NCBI GenBank assembly: GCA_964484035.1
Contig: CAZAEG010000385.1
Location: 1-30,587 of the forward strand
Origin: an uncultured Enterobacteriaceae bacterium
Lineage (GTDB): Bacteria; Pseudomonadota; Gammaproteobacteria; Burkholderiales; SG8-39
Direction: 5' to 3'
DNA length: 30,587 nt
In this document: one piece after another, positions 28,911 to 30,587 of the stretch
Position numbering within the stretch: position 1 is the first letter of the stretch
How the letters are laid out: each line of letters opens with the position of its first letter
Notes under the pieces: model-generated
Told to the model about the DNA's origin: nothing
The model's input: only the letters and a program-made list of their open reading frames with translations
The model's database searches: none
Position numbers and translations under genes: made by a program

Positions 28911-28942
28911 CGGCAGGCACATTCAGAGGAGGAGGCGAAAAG

Positions 28943-29467
28943 ATGAAAGCGGGACACGTAGCACTGCTGCTCGCGGCGGCCGCACTCGCGGGTTGCCAGT
29001 CCATGACCTCCAGCGGGCCGCTGCTCGCCTCGGCCGGCCTCGCGCCGACCAAGGGCAACAAGACCGTCGGCGAGGTTACCTTCGAGCAGGCCGGCAGCAA
29101 GGTGCGCGTCACCGCGCAGGTCATCAACCTCAAGCCCAACCAGGAGCACGGCTTTCACATCCACGAGGTGGGCGATTGCAGCTCGGGGGACGGCATGAGC
29201 GCGAAGGGCCACTTCAACCCATTCGGCAAGCCGCACGGACACCATGGTTCGAGCGAGCGTCACGCCGGCGACCTGCCCAGCCTCAAATCCGACGCCAAGG
29301 GCAGGGCCAGGCTCAGCGTCGAGCTCGACGTCATCACCTTGACGCCGGGGCCGGCGAGCATCATCGGCCGCGGCGTGATCGTGCACGCCGATCCGGACGA
29401 CTACCGGACGCAGCCCACCGGCAACGCCGGCGCGCGCCTCGCCTGCGGAGTGATCAAGGCGAACTGA
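28943..29467 (+). CDS. sodC: Cu/Zn superoxide dismutase, lipoprotein
   Basis: Lipobox LAG-C; metal ligands HGFHIH, GHFNP, HGHH, HAGDL, IVHA; GNAGARLACGVI. Confidence 0.96.
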   Translation: MKAGHVALLLAAAALAGCQSMTSSGPLLASAGLAPTKGNKTVGEVTFEQAGSKVRVTAQVINLKPNQEHGFHIHEVGDCSSGDGMSAKGHFNPFGKPHGHHGSSERHAGDLPSLKSDAKGRARLSVELDVITLTPGPASIIGRGVIVHADPDDYRTQPTGNAGARLACGVIKAN

Positions 29468-29487
29468 GCGGTTTTCGGGGACTGAAA

Positions 29488-29517
29488 CGAAAAGGGCGCC
29501 GGCAGGCGCCCTTTTCG
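29488..29517. terminator. Bidirectional intrinsic terminator between sodC and the convergent TPR gene
   Basis: Perfect 13 bp inverted repeat CGAAAAGGGCGCC-GGCA-GGCGCCCTTTTCG with a T-run on each strand. Confidence 0.88.
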
Positions 29518-29532
29518 CTTCCAGCGGTGAAC

Positions 29533-30273
29533 TCAGGTTTGAACGCTCTGCCGGGCGAGCGCCAGCCACTCCCTCTGCGCGTCGCGATAGTAGCCCGGCA
29601 TGCGCTCGGCATTGCGCAGCATGTGCTGGAACACGTTGCGCGCCTGCTCGGCGCGGCCGGTGCGGGCGAGCAGCGCGCCGTAGCGCCAGCGGCCTTCTTC
29701 CCCCGGGTAGGTGTCGGCGAGAACCCCGTACTCGGCCAGGGCGTCCTCCACCCGGCCCATTTCTTCCATGCTCCGCGCGAGCACGAGGCGGACGTCGTTG
29801 ACGCGGAACGCGGGATGGGACTGCCGGAGCTTGCGCGCCAGGGTTGCCGCCTCCTCGAAGGACCGCGCGTGCAGCAACGCGCTCGCGAGCCCGCGACGGA
29901 TATCGGGGTCGTCCCCGTGGATGCCCGTCAGGCAGCTCCGGTACAGCGCCGCCGCCTCCGCGTGCATGCCCCGGGCGCCGCACTCACGCGCCAGCGCGAC
30001 ACGGTTGTCGACGCTGCCGCAGGCTTGCACGTCGGCCACGCGCGCGCGCAGGTCCTTCCCGGGATCGAACGCCTTGACGATCGATCGCACGGCTTTCTCG
30101 GCACTGCGGCTCTCGCGCGAGGTGGGAAACACCTCGACGAAGTAATACAGGACGCAGCCGATAACCGGGAAGGCCATGATGATGAACAGCCACCAGTACG
30201 GCCGCCCCGTCCTCAGGGCGTGATAAGCGAAGCAAAGCTGGATCAGCAGGACCACCGCGCCGATGACCGGCAT
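29533..30273 (-). CDS. Membrane-anchored tetratricopeptide-repeat-like protein
   Basis: Two N-terminal TMs (HALRTGRPYWWLFII..FP.IG..LY.FVE..P), then helical repeats (EAAALYRSCLTG, ARLV-type LARSME..G...ALAEY, WRYG.LL...G); GGAGG RBS. Confidence 0.8.
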   Translation of the reverse strand: MPVIGAVVLLIQLCFAYHALRTGRPYWWLFIIMAFPVIGCVLYYFVEVFPTSRESRSAEKAVRSIVKAFDPGKDLRARVADVQACGSVDNRVALARECGARGMHAEAAALYRSCLTGIHGDDPDIRRGLASALLHARSFEEAATLARKLRQSHPAFRVNDVRLVLARSMEEMGRVEDALAEYGVLADTYPGEEGRWRYGALLARTGRAEQARNVFQHMLRNAERMPGYYRDAQREWLALARQSVQT

Positions 30274-30386
30274 CGCGCACCTCCGAGTACCGCGATTCGC
30301 GTACGGCGTCGATTAGACACCAGCGCCGGGGCCGGTGGCATGCGACCCACGCGTCAAAGGAGGTAAAACAGGAAACTCGTCACACC

Positions 30387-30409
30387 GCGGCCGCCCTGGG
30401 GGCGACCGC
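30387..30409 (-). terminator. GC-rich hairpin after gloA (possible terminator, no adjacent U-tract)
   Basis: GCGGTCGCCC-CCA-GGGCGGCCGC on the minus strand, 6 nt after the gloA stop. Confidence 0.35.
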
Positions 30410-30415
30410 TGGGCC

Positions 30416-30587
30416 CTACGACCGCCCCTTGCGCTCGATGAACTCGATCTTGTAGCCGTCGGGGTCCTCGACGAAGGCGATCACGGTGGTGCCGCCCTTC
30501 ACCGGGCCCGCTTCGCGCGTCACCTTGCCGCCCTTGGCGCGCACCGCCTCGCAGGTCTTCGCCGCGTCGTCGACCTCGAGCGCCACG
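30416..30587 (-). CDS. gloA: Lactoylglutathione lyase (glyoxalase I), 3' part
   Basis: Manual translation [56 protein letters not shown]; 5' end is outside the window; not in the ORF track. Confidence 0.93.
   Translation of the reverse strand, partial: VALEVDDAAKTCEAVRAKGGKVTREAGPVKGGTTVIAFVEDPDGYKIEFIERKGRS

Noticed and set aside
94-30366. Many long overlapping or antisense ORFs in the track (e.g. 1179-3296+, 6163-7686+, 23668-27033-, 20669-22495-, 28993-30366+)
   Set aside because: Shadow frames of real genes; Arg/Ala/Gly/Pro-rich low-complexity translations expected from stop-codon scarcity in very GC-rich DNA; no family motifs.
30395-30419. GTAGGG-starting sequences at the gloA stop and at the orphan kinase stop (2822-2829) as extra REP copies
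   Set aside because: They share only GTAGGG plus a few bases with the 28097 element and do not form the same hairpin.
1-30587. CRISPR arrays, tRNA/rRNA genes, intact integrase, anti-phage defence operon
   Set aside because: No spaced direct-repeat array, cloverleaf or rRNA signature seen; intergenic space is too small; the kinase-CNB gene lacks the cyclase/effector neighbours expected for CBASS or Pycsar-type systems.

Overview
Very GC-rich, most likely betaproteobacterial chromosome segment (inferred from gene order and protein style). About 24 kb (6277-30587) is tightly packed housekeeping DNA: Ser/Thr kinase-argH <> algZ/fimS-algR-hemC-hemD-hemX-hemY >< hemF-purD-purH-fis-dusB-ubiH-pepP-murU-amgK <> lptD-surA-pdxA-rsmA-sodC >< TPR protein-gloA. 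The left end is an Mla/MCE-type ABC operon (mlaE-mlaF-mlaD). Between these is the most unusual part, a 3.45 kb accessory block bracketed by a 101 bp direct repeat of the 3' end of the kinase gene (2826-2926 and 6277-6377). Its left edge is a mosaic of gene fragments: orphan kinase 3' end, grxD 3' half, a piece of an IS91-family rolling-circle transposase absent from the ORF track, and possibly a signal-peptide stub. The cargo is a PQQ/sorbosone dehydrogenase-family lipoprotein, a 77 aa Cys-rich protein and a standalone RibD-C/DHFR-like reductase. Also notable are a Hanks kinase with a C-terminal cyclic-nucleotide-binding domain coupled to argH, and a GTAG-headed REP-like hairpin that carries both the pdxA stop and the likely rsmA start. 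I saw no rRNA, tRNA, CRISPR array or intact integrase/transposase. All family assignments are by motif recognition, not database search.
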